DNA of 63,856 nt, filler included, from Sphacelaria rigidula (GCA_964200075.2; 10 parts of 10 records of this genome joined end to end with filler, not necessarily neighbours in it), one strand, 5' to 3'; counted from the first letter of the whole stretch, positions 1 through 12,793 are shown. Program-made: numbers and translations. Notes: a model not told the origin generated them from the letters alone.

Positions 1-330
1 CTCGCTCTGTCGCGGATCGTTCATTGCCCAAGACTCCCGGCATTATCGACGAGTCGCTCCGCGCTCGCTCTGTCGCGGATCGTTCATTGCCCAAGACTCC
101 CGGCACTATCGACGAATCGCTCCGCGCTCGCTCTGTCGCGGATCGTACACTGTCCAAGACGTCCAACATGGTCGACCAGTCGCTACGCGCTCGCTCTGTT
201 GTGCAACGGGCTCAGTCTCGGGGCTCCCACACGTCTGATGAGTCGCCACGCGTCGCCACTGTTGTGGGCCGCCACCCGCTTCAGGCTTCTACCGCGGATA
301 TTGAGTCACCCCGCGCTCGCGATGTTGAGG
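1..330 (+). repeat. 63-bp (21-aa) tandem repeat, about 5 progressively diverging copies
   Basis: Units start at 1, 64, 127, 190 and 253 (ctcgctctgtcgcggatcg...) and translate in one frame as RARSVADRSLPKTPGxIDESL. Confidence 0.9.
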
Positions 331-2050
331 GTTACGACGCCTCCAGCGCTGGCGCCGACAAGACATGTATCGTGAGGACATTTCTGTTCACCGCACCTCG
401 CGCCGACCATCCTCCTCGCGTCTTGGCCGCTCCGAAGCGCCTTCACAGAGCACTTGCCTTTAGGAACGGCTCTTGAGCACTTGCTTCGTTCATCACCGGC
501 TATCATTTCTGACGATCCGGCGACAACTGCCCTTTCACAAGCGCTTGCCACCGCGTTCCACATAGCCGTTCAACATTCAACGTCCTCAGATTATGTTCAA
601 TTTGACAGTAATGTGAATCATCAGGCTTCTATACCAGCGGCTGCAGTCCATGATGACGAGCGTTCAACCTCGGATGTTCCCCTTGATTTGGATATGGATG
701 GTGATGCCACTGTCCACCACGGTGATCATACCACTCATGCTCATGATGTACGTGCATTGCTATCGGGATTATCATCGACCACGGGATCCTCACGACCTAC
801 ATCTGTCGATCGGACCCATGTGCATCCACGATTGCCCATCGATGACGCGTTGATTGACATTCCGGCATCCTTGCGAGACCGGCGCAGCACTAATCGTGCC
901 CTTCCGCCCTACCCTGATGCTGCCATTGTACGTGCGGTGGAACCACAAATTGCAGATCTCCGTCGATACTTTCGATTTGCTTCAACCATGGCTCACACTC
1001 AGGCTCTGTCGACAACCGCTCCTGTCGCGGCCGCTCCAGCTCCTGAAGCCGCCATCGACACGGATGCAGAACGCACCCGTGCCACGCCTCACGCTCCCAG
1101 CGCGGCGACGACTAACGCTCCCGCCGTGACGGCCGTGGATGATACCCCCATCACGGTGGCTGATGAGGAATCTATCACTTCGCCGCAGGCTCCTACTGCC
1201 ACGGACTCCTCCGGCGCATGCCCCTGGGTCTACCACGGACGACCGCCCCCTGTTGGGCATCGAGCATTGCCCACTGGGCCTTCCGCCCCGGCTCTGGTTT
1301 CGTGGTCCACGCTTGGACCAAGAACAAATTCTCACGGAGTACCAGGCATTTTAACCGGACACGCCCCCTGCGCCACCTTCGCCGCCAAACGGCCGACGAC
1401 AATGCCCACCGTCGCCTTCATGACGATCTCACGGCACAATTGACGCGCCAACGCCAGGCGGTCGCTTCGGTAACCACCCGTCAGCGGGCGGCTCAACGCA
1501 CACTCACTGAACGCCTTGCTGTGTTCGATCAGATATGTGACTTCATTCGACGCTATGAACAATGCTTGGGTCAATGCGCCACCGCAACATAGACTGCGAC
1601 CACGGCTTTACGTTCCCTCGAACAGGAGCAACACCTTCCTCTCCTGAGGACCACGCCAAGCGAGCCCGCGCCTGCACCCTCTGCCGCCATTTCCGGCTCA
1701 GCGGAAGAAAGCCAACCCTCGCGCCTATACGCTGATGCCGCGGCTTCTATGGCTTCACCTACGCGCACCTCGCCTGCCCCACCACAGGTCCCTCGGGCAT
1801 TCTGCGCTCCCTGCCCCCACACCTGGGCTGCACCTTCACGGCAGCGAACGCTGTTGGCTTCCTTGGACGCTACGCCAACTTTCCGGGACGTATCACCGCA
1901 AGAACGTTCTCAGCGCTTCTGAGCAGGCTTGGCGCTCACTAACTCTGCCCGTCAATAGTGTGATTGTCCCCTTTCTTCAGCAAGGAGGACAGCTCCCGCG
2001 CAACGACCCGGGAGCTCTCACCATCGAACGAATGGTGTTCTATTTAACGA

Positions 2051-3952
2051 TTGGTACCGGGGACAGTCGCCATGCTTTATGAGACCTCCGTAAACGCCCT
2101 CTTCGCCGCTATGCGGGCAGCCCACAACACGCTGCCTCCGGATGATGATGGGGCCTGGACCACGCCTCACCCCCCTCGCCACCGTCGTGGTGATGACAAC
2201 TCTGACGACGACCACCCCGGCGCCGCACAACGCCGTGGCCACGGGGCCCACCGCAACACAAACAACAGTCGCCGTACAACCAGAGGCAGCCATAAACGGT
2301 CTGGTCACCAGTCTTCCAGTTCGTCGACTTCTAGATCCCGTCAGCACACCTCGACGCGATCCATGCGGCCCTCACCCGCCGTCAGGCAAGTAACGCCTCC
2401 TTTAGCTGATGCGTCTGCTCGCATCTTAGGTCTCACGGATAGTGATGGTGATAATTCGGCTCGCCCACTATCTTCCAACTCGACTCAGTCACTAGCTGCC
2501 GCCGCCGCCGCTAAACAACAAGCTGCGGCTGACAAAGCCGCTGCTGATACTCGTACAGAAGCTTCTCGTGTCGCCGCGATCAAGCGCGAATACTTGCAGA
2601 TGGATGTTGAGATATTATGGCATATCAAAACCATGCCTGCTGCAGACAATGAGGACTCTGGTCAGTTTATGTCCGCTCTCATTTCCTCTATGCGTCGAAC
2701 GATGCGCAATATTCTTGAGTTGGTCGATGCAACTGGTCAACAACGCTTCGAAGACTCTGAGTCGATCGGTGGCTGGCAAACACCGCTGCATAAGGCTTTG
2801 CACCGCTCAATCAGCCGTCGCTCCCCTGACGTTGTTGTCTCTTTGACGCAGATTCTCGATTCCTTCTTCGCCACCGTGGACCAAGATCGTGCCCGCGAGC
2901 AACCAGCGCCGTTATTATTCAGCAATTTGGAAAGGCGTTTCATAGGGTATATCGATAAGTCTGATCAGGCAGGCGCCATCAAGCGCCTCAGTTCCTTCGC
3001 CGTCGCGACAGACGTGCCCTTTGCTGATTACCTCCGCGAATTCAAGCTTTTGGTGTCGAGTGTGACTGGTACCGGGCGACAGAATGGCCTTAGTTATGCT
3101 ATGTGTCAAACATACGTTCGCAATAGTATCGCTCAGCAATTTCCGACGCTGATGCCGTCTTTGTTTCCGGGCGCTTTGACGCACACAGAGGTGCCTTACG
3201 CCTCTGTAGACGCGATGTGGAATGCGTTTGTAGATCAGGAACATAATTTAACGCCTGCCACTCGTGGCGCACAGTGTTCTTCTGGGTCTTCGCAGACCTT
3301 GCGTACCGCTTCAACGAGTACCTCCGGGCCTCGTGGACGCACTCAGACTTTATCCAATAATACTTGGACACCAAACTCTGTCGGTGGATCGGTCATGCCT
3401 GTTCGTAACAAAAGAGACCCGTTCCGTGCAAGCTTTGATGCTTGGCCTTTTTCGGCAGACACTTTTGATGACGTTTATGTCGTTTCCACGACTGCTTTCA
3501 TCACCGATGACCCACATTTGTGGAGCCCCTTGCTATCGCCTTCGGCTCGCAGGGATGCTTTTCGTCGCCATGCTAACACATGCATTAACTGCAATGGTAC
3601 TGGCCACAGTATGCGAGATTGCCCTGAACCTTGCATCAATATTTTTTCGCTCATGAACCCTGAACTTCAGAGCAACAGGCAGGCGTGGCGCCGATGGCTA
3701 AAACGCATGCGCGAGAATACTCCACCTTCTCGCCACCCTCGCCAGCCTTACCAATTCCATAGCGACTCTCGCTCAAATCGCGACCGCCGCCACACCACTA
3801 ACACAGTCTCAGGGACTCGCCATAGAGATAGTGCTTTCCACCCTTCTCAGTCTTCGCATGGTCATCACCAGCGAACAGGGCCGACTCATCACAACACCAA
3901 CCCCAATGCCAGAAACCCTGGTTCTTTCATGACGGATCGCAACGACCCATGA
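2051..3952 (+). CDS. gag: Gag-like polyprotein with CCHC zinc knuckle
   Basis: 633-aa ORF with CINCNGTGHSMRDC (CX2CX4HX4C) and a capsid-like segment FADYLREFKLLV. Confidence 0.8.
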   Translation: MVPGTVAMLYETSVNALFAAMRAAHNTLPPDDDGAWTTPHPPRHRRGDDNSDDDHPGAAQRRGHGAHRNTNNSRRTTRGSHKRSGHQSSSSSTSRSRQHTSTRSMRPSPAVRQVTPPLADASARILGLTDSDGDNSARPLSSNSTQSLAAAAAAKQQAAADKAAADTRTEASRVAAIKREYLQMDVEILWHIKTMPAADNEDSGQFMSALISSMRRTMRNILELVDATGQQRFEDSESIGGWQTPLHKALHRSISRRSPDVVVSLTQILDSFFATVDQDRAREQPAPLLFSNLERRFIGYIDKSDQAGAIKRLSSFAVATDVPFADYLREFKLLVSSVTGTGRQNGLSYAMCQTYVRNSIAQQFPTLMPSLFPGALTHTEVPYASVDAMWNAFVDQEHNLTPATRGAQCSSGSSQTLRTASTSTSGPRGRTQTLSNNTWTPNSVGGSVMPVRNKRDPFRASFDAWPFSADTFDDVYVVSTTAFITDDPHLWSPLLSPSARRDAFRRHANTCINCNGTGHSMRDCPEPCINIFSLMNPELQSNRQAWRRWLKRMRENTPPSRHPRQPYQFHSDSRSNRDRRHTTNTVSGTRHRDSAFHPSQSSHGHHQRTGPTHHNTNPNARNPGSFMTDRNDP

Positions 3953-4346
3953 CACGCCGACGACGGCGTAAAGTCTTCGGCGCCGCCGATAGCAGAATCG
4001 AAGACTCATCCAACACACAACACCGCTCGGGTGACAACACGTTCTCACCCATCACTATTCAGAAGATCAATTAACGGCCGTTCTTCTCGACCCCCGTCTT
4101 TATCTTCATCTACGCAGCGTAACCGTTGTGTTGACGCACAACCCAGCTCTATGCTTAGCTCTAGAATTGGTCCTCCGGAACTAAGTATAAACCTGAGGTG
4201 TGGGAAGACCGACCGCGGGCTCTTGAGGCACAGGCTTCCCTCAACGACCGCACGCACCGGTTGTAGCAGACTTCTTTCTCCTGGTTCTGGTGATGATGGT
4301 TCGAAACTGACCACTGCAAACCTTTCGACTCCCGCCCGGCCTGATC

Positions 4347-6222
4347 GTGGTCGTTTTTCGCGACACTCTTCTTCCGCGAAACTACTCCGACATACATACA
4401 GCGGATAACACTCGTCCCCTTTCACATTCAGCAGTGTCCTTTGTACCGAGCTTGCCAGCGGACAGTCCACAAGTTTCGGCCGAGCATGCCCCGATGTTGA
4501 CAACATCACCTCAACTGGATGCAGTTGCAGTTTCCCAAGAAGTCTTGGAAGTTCTCAATCATTTGTCATGGCACGAGAAGAAGCCTCGTCGTCATGCCCC
4601 CACGGAAGCGCGAGCATTGACACGTCCCCCTCCCGTCAGAGGAAAATTCCGACTTCATTTTCCCCCAAAAGCGGCGACTTTGAGCTCGATGACATTACCA
4701 GGCATCTCAGAGGAATCCAAATCGGACTTTTCAGACGGTACCGCATCCTCCATCGATGACCCCTGTCGCACTCCGCAGCAATCTTTCTTCAACAATGATC
4801 CTTGTACTTCCAGGCCAGTGATTTACGAGATTGATCAACATCTTGATTTATGCTGCCCTTCACGATCGGATAAGCCCCCCACGATGTCTACCGATACCTT
4901 CGAACCCCCCGCGGATCACCCGCCATCCGTTTTCACGGTCAGTCCAACTAATCCTGACCAATTCACGTTATCTGAACATGTCCTTGACCTTGTTGGTGGT
5001 AAGGTGTCCGTTGATCTTGCCACCTTCACTACCCGCGTAGCATTACACTGCGGTCCTTACGCCACCGCGCGTGCTAAGTGCGTCTCGTTGCTAGACAGCG
5101 GAAGTCCACAGACATTCCTCAAAGAATCCATGTGGAATTATATGAAGCAGACTAGCGCTGCTTCCGATGTCTGCGAAATCACCACCCAACCTCGCGTTTG
5201 GGGCGGTTTCGGCGACTCAAATTCACTCTTGACGATACGAAAATCTGTTCGTCTTAGTGTGCAATTTTTCCACCACGATACACGTTCGGCTAGTCTCGCA
5301 GTTTGGGCATACATCGTTCCTGATAACACCATGCATCATGCTCTCCTTCTTGGCAGGGATAGCTACATGTGGTTCGACCAACGTACGTACCGCACCCTCC
5401 CACCCTGATCGCCTCAGTCGGCGCCTCGTGAAGAGCTCCAACTGGAACACTTTGGTACCCTCAAGGGTGCCTTAGCCTACAAAAAGAATGAGCAGGCTAC
5501 TGGAGCGGCTTACCATCTTCGGTACAGCGGCAGTTCCGGTGTCACCCTTTCCGACGAGCCTCAACTCTTGGAAGTTTCGCTTGTTCGCCGCAACGGCATG
5601 CCTGCCCTCACCGGCCACTACCTTGCAGAATTACTGCCTAAAGTCGGTGCTCCCGCTGGCACTGAGCATTTTGTCTCGGACGGCGACCAACTCCTGCCTC
5701 TCACAGGCCATGCTAATTTGGAACCTGGCGATGTCTTGGGCATCGCCGCGGCTCCTCTTATGCACATTCCTCTAGAAACCTGTGTCGCCGACCCTCCGGC
5801 GCCTGATCTTACGCCGCCGACTGACGGCTTTGTCCACTGCATCGATGAGCCATACTTCAACCTCTCCGCCCCATCGCCGACTCCGATTTCTGCGGTGGAA
5901 CCCGACAGACCCCCTGCTGAACCTCCTGATGAAGTGCTTCAACGCTTGTCAGTCGATTCTCGGGAACATTTCTTGCAAATGTGGCACCAACTTCCACCTC
6001 ATTTGCGTGATATCCATTTTGACCTACATGGTCCGGGCTGGGAGCCCGCCGTCATCCAAGAGCTACAAGATGTTCTCCTGGAACATCAGGACAGATTTTC
6101 ACGACCCAAGACGGATCTCGGGCATTGTAAAACATTGCCATTCGAGATAACACTGCAACCTGGCGTTTCGCCAATCTCATCTAGACCATATCGTACGAAT
6201 CCCCTCCTCACCAAAAAAGTCA
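4347..6222 (+). pseudogene. pol: pol: aspartic protease and RT N-terminus, one in-frame TGA at 5406-5408
   Basis: LLDSGSPQTF and LLGRD protease motifs. ORFs 4347 and 5568 share a frame. DLGHCKTLPFEITLQPGVSPISSRPYR is the typical Gypsy pre-RT motif. Confidence 0.85.
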
Positions 6223-6297
6223 ATAACAACAAATTGTGCGGATTGAGGTTTAACTTCGAGATGAGGTTCAAGCCTAAAACAGTGCTTTCCCCACACT

Positions 6298-6397
6298 NNN
6301 NNNNNNNNNNNNNNNNNNNNNNNNNNNNNNNNNNNNNNNNNTTAATTAATTAANNNNNNNNNNNNNNNNNNNNNNNNNNNNNNNNNNNNNNNNNNNN
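6298..6397. other. Artificial scaffold spacer (first of nine; others start at 12694, 19090, 25486, 31882, 38277, 44672, 51067, 57462)
   Basis: Identical 100-bp N/TTAATTAATTAA/N blocks every 6395-6396 bp, giving stops in all six frames. Confidence 0.98.
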
Positions 6398-8819
6398 CAC
6401 AAGTGTGTTCATATTTCACCTGTAGGAGCTGGATCGCATAGAAACTGATCTGTCCGACGTGTGGTTGGATTAGAGACCTTGACCACAGCGGGAACATTAT
6501 GATGTAGGATGAAAGCGCGTCCCCCAATTACGGCGAGCTTCGCCGGGGGGGGGGGGAGGCGTTCTCATTCTTTGCTTGCCTTAGTCGTTCGGGAGGGGCG
6601 GGGCATTTTTCATGAGAGGTAGCTCCCACGGCTGTGGAAATATGCCGCCGCATTGCACCGACACCAGAATAATGCACAGCCGACAACAAGCCGGCACACT
6701 AAGCCCCATCGATGCATACCCGAAAATGATCCGCATCGTCCATGTCTAAAAGTCGCCCACCGGGCACAAGGCCTTGGGTTGTCGCCAGTCGATGAGTGGA
6801 GAACTGCGAAGGCGAGACGAACGCTCGCCAACCACTGGAACCCTCATCATTTTAGAGGTCACAGAAGCCGATGTAAGAGAACATCTGAACACGCGCCAGG
6901 ACCACTCGCACGTCGGCGGAGTAACCGGGTGGAGAGACCGTGACCCTGCCTGCGTGCCGCAGCAAAGCACGGTACGGGAGCACTTGGATGCCAAAAGTGC
7001 ACAAATGAAGAAGGTCGGATCGTGGAACGATTGCTACCGAAATATTCGCACAGGTCCTCCGAGGATCAAGCAGAGGCAACGAAAAAACGTCGTCGTTAAA
7101 CAACGGTCGCCTCGCCGTCGCTTCGGCGCGTATCATCATGCACCGAAACCCAAGTCCTATGACAAGAATTAAAACAAAACACAACACGGAAAACCCAAAC
7201 GATCAGGCGAAGCATATGTGTAAACCCCATCACCACAGGTATGAAGCACATCCCCCCAGCCCTCAAGAGACCGAGATACTATACTTATAATCACAGACAT
7301 CGACACCAAGGAGCACACACAAAGGAAGGCTACAAAATACGAAGAAAGCCGAGAAGGAGGACAAGAAAAATCAGCCCGCCGAACACCGCGTCACAGAGGA
7401 CAACAGAACCACGCAATACGAGGTGCCTCGTACCCAGAACCCACGGCCCAAGTCCGCGACTCAGTGGGCCGAACGGGGATACCTTTTGTGCGATGTGCGC
7501 CGAATTTATCACACGAATCCATACTCCGCCATGGAGCGCAACACATGCGCAAACCCCGACGGCAGCCGTCCTCACGGTTCGCTGCCGTCCCCAACACCAC
7601 AACGCGTGGGCGCCGACATGTGGAGACAACGAATTCACCACGACCACAGAAGATTGTATGATTTGTCGTGACAGGCGGGTAGGAACCGTCACCCCAAGTT
7701 CCGGCGGGGCAGACTATTGTGGATCCGCAGACTATCGTGGATCCAAAGTGAGGTTTAACTTCCCGCCTCCCCTCCGTCCATCTATCACGGAGTTGTTACA
7801 CCTTTCACACCTACAGTGTGGAAGCTTTCCGTAAACGCGTGGCCAATCCACGCGACCCCATATCCCACAGTCAGGCGAAAGCCTCACGTACCGCCGACGG
7901 AATCTCTCCATCCCCGACCCACAGGACGGGGTATGCCGCGGTGAAACAGTCCCGCCGAGGTATCTGCACCCTCCATGTGCTCTGAGCGATTTCCTCAGCC
8001 TGAAGGCCGCCTGCACAGAGAGTCAAGGGTTAGAGGTGACGGGCACGGCACGGACACGGTGAGCGCAACATAATATTGAAGACAGAAAGAGAGAAAACAG
8101 CGCGAGTATCGTGTGCATCGCCGAAGGTGTGGCGCGGTGCAGTGTGCATCACAGCGGCGCACGCACAACGTGCGCCGGCCACCACACTCTGTCGCCGGAA
8201 TGGCAGGCATGAACCTAATTTGGTGTGGGAGATGGGTGCTGAAGTACGGAGGCAAGAGGTAGTGTTCATGCCATACCACAGAAACGGCGAAGACGCGATA
8301 ATATGTGAGTGCGTACCCGCGGTTCGACAGAAAACTATTCGTATCTTAGCACAGCACTACTGCCGCGCCCTGCTGGTGTCGTGGGACTTCTGTCACGAGT
8401 GGGACGGACGAAATGTGGATTCTATCCCCCAAGGTGTGTCTTCTTTACTTTGTGCATGTGAGCTCCCAACTTCATTCCGATACTACTTGTTCCGACAAAA
8501 GCATGGCCCGATCGCGCAGCTCTACCGAAAGATACGAGTACGTTCACATGCGATGGCAGTACTGTACACGGGTAGTAGGACCTCTCACTAGGGCTTTCGA
8601 CAGAAAATACATGTAGAAAACGCCGCGATCACCAGAATGTTGAAATCATTATATTTCGTAATTTCTGCACCACGTTCGAGCATAGCGTCGACGCAGTTGG
8701 TGTCCGTCTCGACATCGAGAACACGCTTTGACGGAGGCGCCCATGGCAGTTCGCGCGCCGACGGCATGACGTGCTGAGTGAGTGTCTTGCAGCATTCTTC
8801 CATCGAAAAAAAGGAGCGA

Positions 8820-9140
8820 GGGCGATCAACTCTAGCGAAATTAGCTCATTTCCTCTCGAAGTGGGTCGAAGCGAATTTTCAAGCTTTCTATCGGACAAGG
8901 GCGGTAAAATTCGTGAAGCGGTACATGGTCGTTTGTGAACAATACAGACAGTCCGTACTGCCTGCACTGTTTGAATGCAGTGTACGTGGAGTTCGTGTCT
9001 GCGTGTTTTGTGCCGCAGGATGTGAAAGAGGAGCGGGCAACATGCAGAACTTCCACGGCAGCACCTTTTGTTCTCTCTGCCCACAATGCGACGTGAAAAG
9101 GACTCGGACAACGCGCAGCGTTGTACATGCACTGTGTCCG
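8820..9140 (+). repeat. Dispersed repeat with a diverged inverted copy at about 41870-42190
   Basis: Shared text such as AVKFVKRY..QYRQSVL..CSLCPQCDVKRT versus TAKFVERY..QYRQSVL..SSLCLQCDVKRT. Confidence 0.75.
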
Positions 9141-9215
9141 TGACCACGTCCGCGAGGGGGTTGGCCACCTTACCACGCCGTTCTAACCCTGGTCCCTACG
9201 ATGGAAGAAGATGGT

Positions 9216-9744
9216 CAAGTTTTCCAAGGGCAGGTCGAGTAGAGTATACTCAATTGCGGGGTATTTTGAAACACCTACTTGGGGTACTCAAGTTAGGGTA
9301 GAGTGTTGGGAGTCGTACCCAGGAAATAGCTGGGAAGCGATTCCTGAAGCCCTACCCCCAATTTGTGTACTCTGGGCACGGCTTTTAAAATACCCCGCAA
9401 TTGAGCATACCCTACTCGACCTACCCTTGAAGTTTTCACACGTCGGACGAGCACGAGTATGAATTGTGTCTCGCACTTGTTGGGCTGCTCGTGGTGAAAG
9501 AAAAATCACAAATCAGACTATTCATTACTCGGCGAAACGAGTGCACTCGTGGATATTTTTTCAAACACAACGAGCATGCCTCGTGTGCTCGAGTTATTAT
9601 TTTTTATACAGCGAGCAATTAGTCGTGTGCTCGAGTAATTCATTTTCCCACAGCGAGCAATGGCTCAAGTGCTTGCCCTAAAAAAACGTAAATGTACTAC
9701 TCGAGATATACTCTCCGCTGCTTTAGTAGAACTCTGATCTGTAC

Positions 9745-9777
<33 letters not shown>

Positions 9778-10356
9778 GGTGCTTGGACAATGTGGAAACG
9801 AACTCTGGAGCTGGACGCTCGTGCATGTGCAGACATGCATATGAACTTGAAGATTCTAGGTTCAAAAACGTCGAAGAGCTCATGACAACTATTTGCCCGT
9901 CGGGTTGCTGACTGCTCCACTCAAGTCGTTCATCATGAGTAATGACTCGAGTGCTCGCCCTGTTATTTTCTTCCACAACGAGCAATGACTCGAGTATTCG
10001 CCCTATTAATTTTTACCGCCAACGAGTAGCCCAACGAGTGCGAGTGCCACGACTCATACTCGTGCTCGCCCGGCGTGTTGACAAACTATAGAGCGAGAAC
10101 TCGAGTCAACGCTCGTGGTGGCAAAACTTAATAGGGCGAGTACTCGAGTCATTGCTTGTGGCAGAAAAAAAACATAAAGCAAGCGCTCGAGTCATTGTTC
10201 GTGGTGGAAAAAATCATGACTCCAGCACATGAGTCATCGGCCTTGGTGAAGACAAATAAATAACTCGAGCACGCGAGTCGTGCTCGTGGTGTTTTCGAGA
10301 AACATTAAGGAATGTACTCGTCGACGAGTAATGGCTCGTTCGACGTGTGCAAGCTT
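9216..10356. mobile_element. Non-autonomous TIR element rich in CTCGAG/GCTCGT subterminal repeats, containing a (TG)n tract
   Basis: Left end aagttttcacacgtcggacgagc is inverted at about 10334-10356 and more extensively at about 10020-10090. Confidence 0.6.
9225..9429. mobile_element. hAT-type MITE, 205 bp
   Basis: About 46-bp imperfect TIR (caagggcaggtcgagtag / ctactcgacctacccttg) and a perfect 8-bp TSD AAGTTTTC at 9217-9224 and 9430-9437. Confidence 0.92.
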
Positions 10357-10619
10357 TCGCCGACAAGATGTATACACAGCATACGTAGCTACTGCAGTGC
10401 ATCCATCCTCGTGCTCAACTCCTGCTTTACGCTGCAGGGTTGCGACCGTAGCTAACGATGGATGGTGTGCACTAGTTTGCATCGTCATTTGAACGGATGG
10501 TTTGTGGTGTGGTGGTCTGTAAGTTAGGGGCCGAGCGCCTCTTTGTGCTTTTCGCCCGCATGCTTGTTAGGAAAAGGTGAGCTTGACTGTTATTCACTTC
10601 TTTTCCGCTCGCCACTAAG

Positions 10620-10860
10620 GCCGTGTCTTAGTACATCGTTTTTCGATCGAAAACGTGCGATGGACAACTCCGACGAAACAGGTCGTAATTTGAAGCAGTG
10701 TCTAAATAAACTACGATAGTTGAATAGCAGGAAAGGTCTTGGAAGGACGAGCCTACGTCTATGACAAGGGCTTCGAGAGATCGGACTAATGGGCGGAAAC
10801 AATAATTGAAAATAAAATAGCTGAAAACACGGCCTATCAGATCGGAGTCTTCCTTTTCCA
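10620..10860 (+). repeat. Dispersed repeat, related copy at about 50600-50790
   Basis: cgtgtcttagtacatcgtttttcgatcgaaaacgtgcg versus cgtgtcttcgtacattgtttttcgatcaaaaatgtgcg. Confidence 0.65.
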
Positions 10861-12422
10861 CTGTACATTTTTCATTTAAAAATGATACGCGAAGGCACGC
10901 CGTAACGATAAAACAATCGTTGGTGCCAACTCATTCAGGAGCAGAATGCGGTGGACATATGCGATGGCAATGGTCTTTTCTACCCACTTTTTCGAGCGAC
11001 ATGAACATATATGAAGATATGTCATCTATGGGAGGGTGTTGACGTCGAAATATGATGTTTCACTGCTGGTACACACCACCCGCTTTTGCTCTGGCGCCAA
11101 CCCGCGACGGGCAGGAATCGCTAAACCAAACCCGATTGACCCACTGTACCTCTCCATATATGAGGCTCGTTCCCCAGTTGAGACGAACACCTGTTCCGTG
11201 GCAACAGAAAAGGTGAACACCAGTCGCTTAGTGGTGTTCACTGACCGCGAAAGGAGCAGGTCCGAAAGGAACAGGTACGGTAGGTACTGGTATCTTGAAA
11301 TACCGGGGTATCGTGGGTATCGTAGGTATGACACTTGAAAATACCCGATTGGGTCGGTATCGGTAGAGTATGACATGTCCGAAATACCACTGCGGGGTAC
11401 CTACCTCACCCTCTACACCTATTTCAAAAATATCATCCGGCAGGGTGGAGAAGCGTTTGAGATCCCTGTGCAAGTTCGGAAGTCAAAATATCGATGTGCC
11501 CAAGGTGGGTAGCGCCCCCCCCACGCGCACACAACGCACAACGCTAACCTGCAGACCTCTAAGCACGAAGAACCTCATCATGACCACCAGCTGGGTTGTT
11601 GCAACCAGCTGACAGGGTGAGACACTCAATCCATGGACCGATCATGAGTACCGCGTGATGATTTTCGTGGTTTTTGACGTGGGTGCGGAGACGAGAGCAC
11701 TCTGAGGATGGAGCAGTAGTAAATGCAAATTTGAAATTCAATGATCAGATTCTGATTTCGGGAGGGTAGCGCTGTAGTTTGTGGCGCCAAGGAATTGCAG
11801 TAGTACGCAAGACCAGGGTTTGCCTCTCCACGTGGTTGTACTTCTTCATGTAGACCACCCGGCAATGGCGCAGTAATAACGGTATATATATATACGTATA
11901 TGTATGTGCGGTTATTTATTTGGTATTTTGCCACCACGTTGTCTATTTTGTATGCGTCCTGCGATCCCTCACGTTTTTTTGTTGCTTTTCCTCCTTCTCG
12001 TTTCTTTCTCTCTGCTTGTTTGCACGTGGAACGTTATCGTGTATGATGCTGATCTTTGACATGAATGATGGGAACCATGTACAGCACCGTAACGATGATG
12101 AAATATTTATATCCATTTACCCAGATAATCAGACTACATACTAATGACATCAGTCGAATTGATCTTAACACAAAAATCAGGGGGAATCAGGGTATATAAT
12201 ACTTGTGAAAACAAGACGTACCTGCTCTGACAACTTTTGGCCTTTGCATCAGTTGGGACCAGCTGCTGCACCGTGGGGATCGCATCCCATGCCGTGGTTT
12301 GCGTGGGTACCATAGGTATGAGTTTTGGAAATATCCAATTAAGCGGGTACGGCAGGTATTGAAATCTCGTAATACCGTCGTATCGTAGGTGTGAGTTTTG
12401 AAAATACCTGATTGAGCGGGTA

Positions 12423-12693
12423 GTGTGTGTGTGTGTGTGTGTGTGTGTTGTTGTTGTTGTCCCTTCTATTCTGGACGCCGGACGCCGATCTACACTTTTC
12501 GGTAAATGTGGGCGCATCAGCCGGGGTCACACAGGAGGAAGGTCAACACAGGAGTTTCTTTTTTGTTATTAGTACCCCACCTTCCTTCTGCGGTGCTTGC
12601 CTTCATTTTTTATGGCGAGAGGGGTCCAGCAGTTACTTTCCCTCGTCGACCGTCAAGTCGAATTTTGTGTACCCACGACATAGTCGCTCTCCA
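12423..12693 (-). mobile_element. 3' part of a tRNA-derived SINE with (CAA)n(CA)n tail
   Basis: Reverse-complement homology to 30545-30725. The copy is cut by the contig end. Confidence 0.7.
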
Positions 12694-12793
12694 NNNNNNN
12701 NNNNNNNNNNNNNNNNNNNNNNNNNNNNNNNNNNNNNTTAATTAATTAANNNNNNNNNNNNNNNNNNNNNNNNNNNNNNNNNNNNNNNNNNNN

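Larger units (their letters stand above)
1..6222 (+). mobile_element. Decayed Ty3/Gypsy-type LTR retrotransposon, internal region (gag, protease, start of RT)
   Basis: Zinc knuckle, aspartic protease motif and pre-RT motif occur in order, with frameshifts and stops. Similarity breaks at about 6222. Confidence 0.85.

Noticed and set aside
1..330. CRISPR-like array
   Set aside because: Contiguous in-frame tandem units without unique spacers, in a eukaryotic retroelement context.
6398..12693. Many 60-200 aa ORFs in contig 2
   Set aside because: They overlap on both strands, show no domains, and are mostly within repeats, as expected by chance at this GC content.
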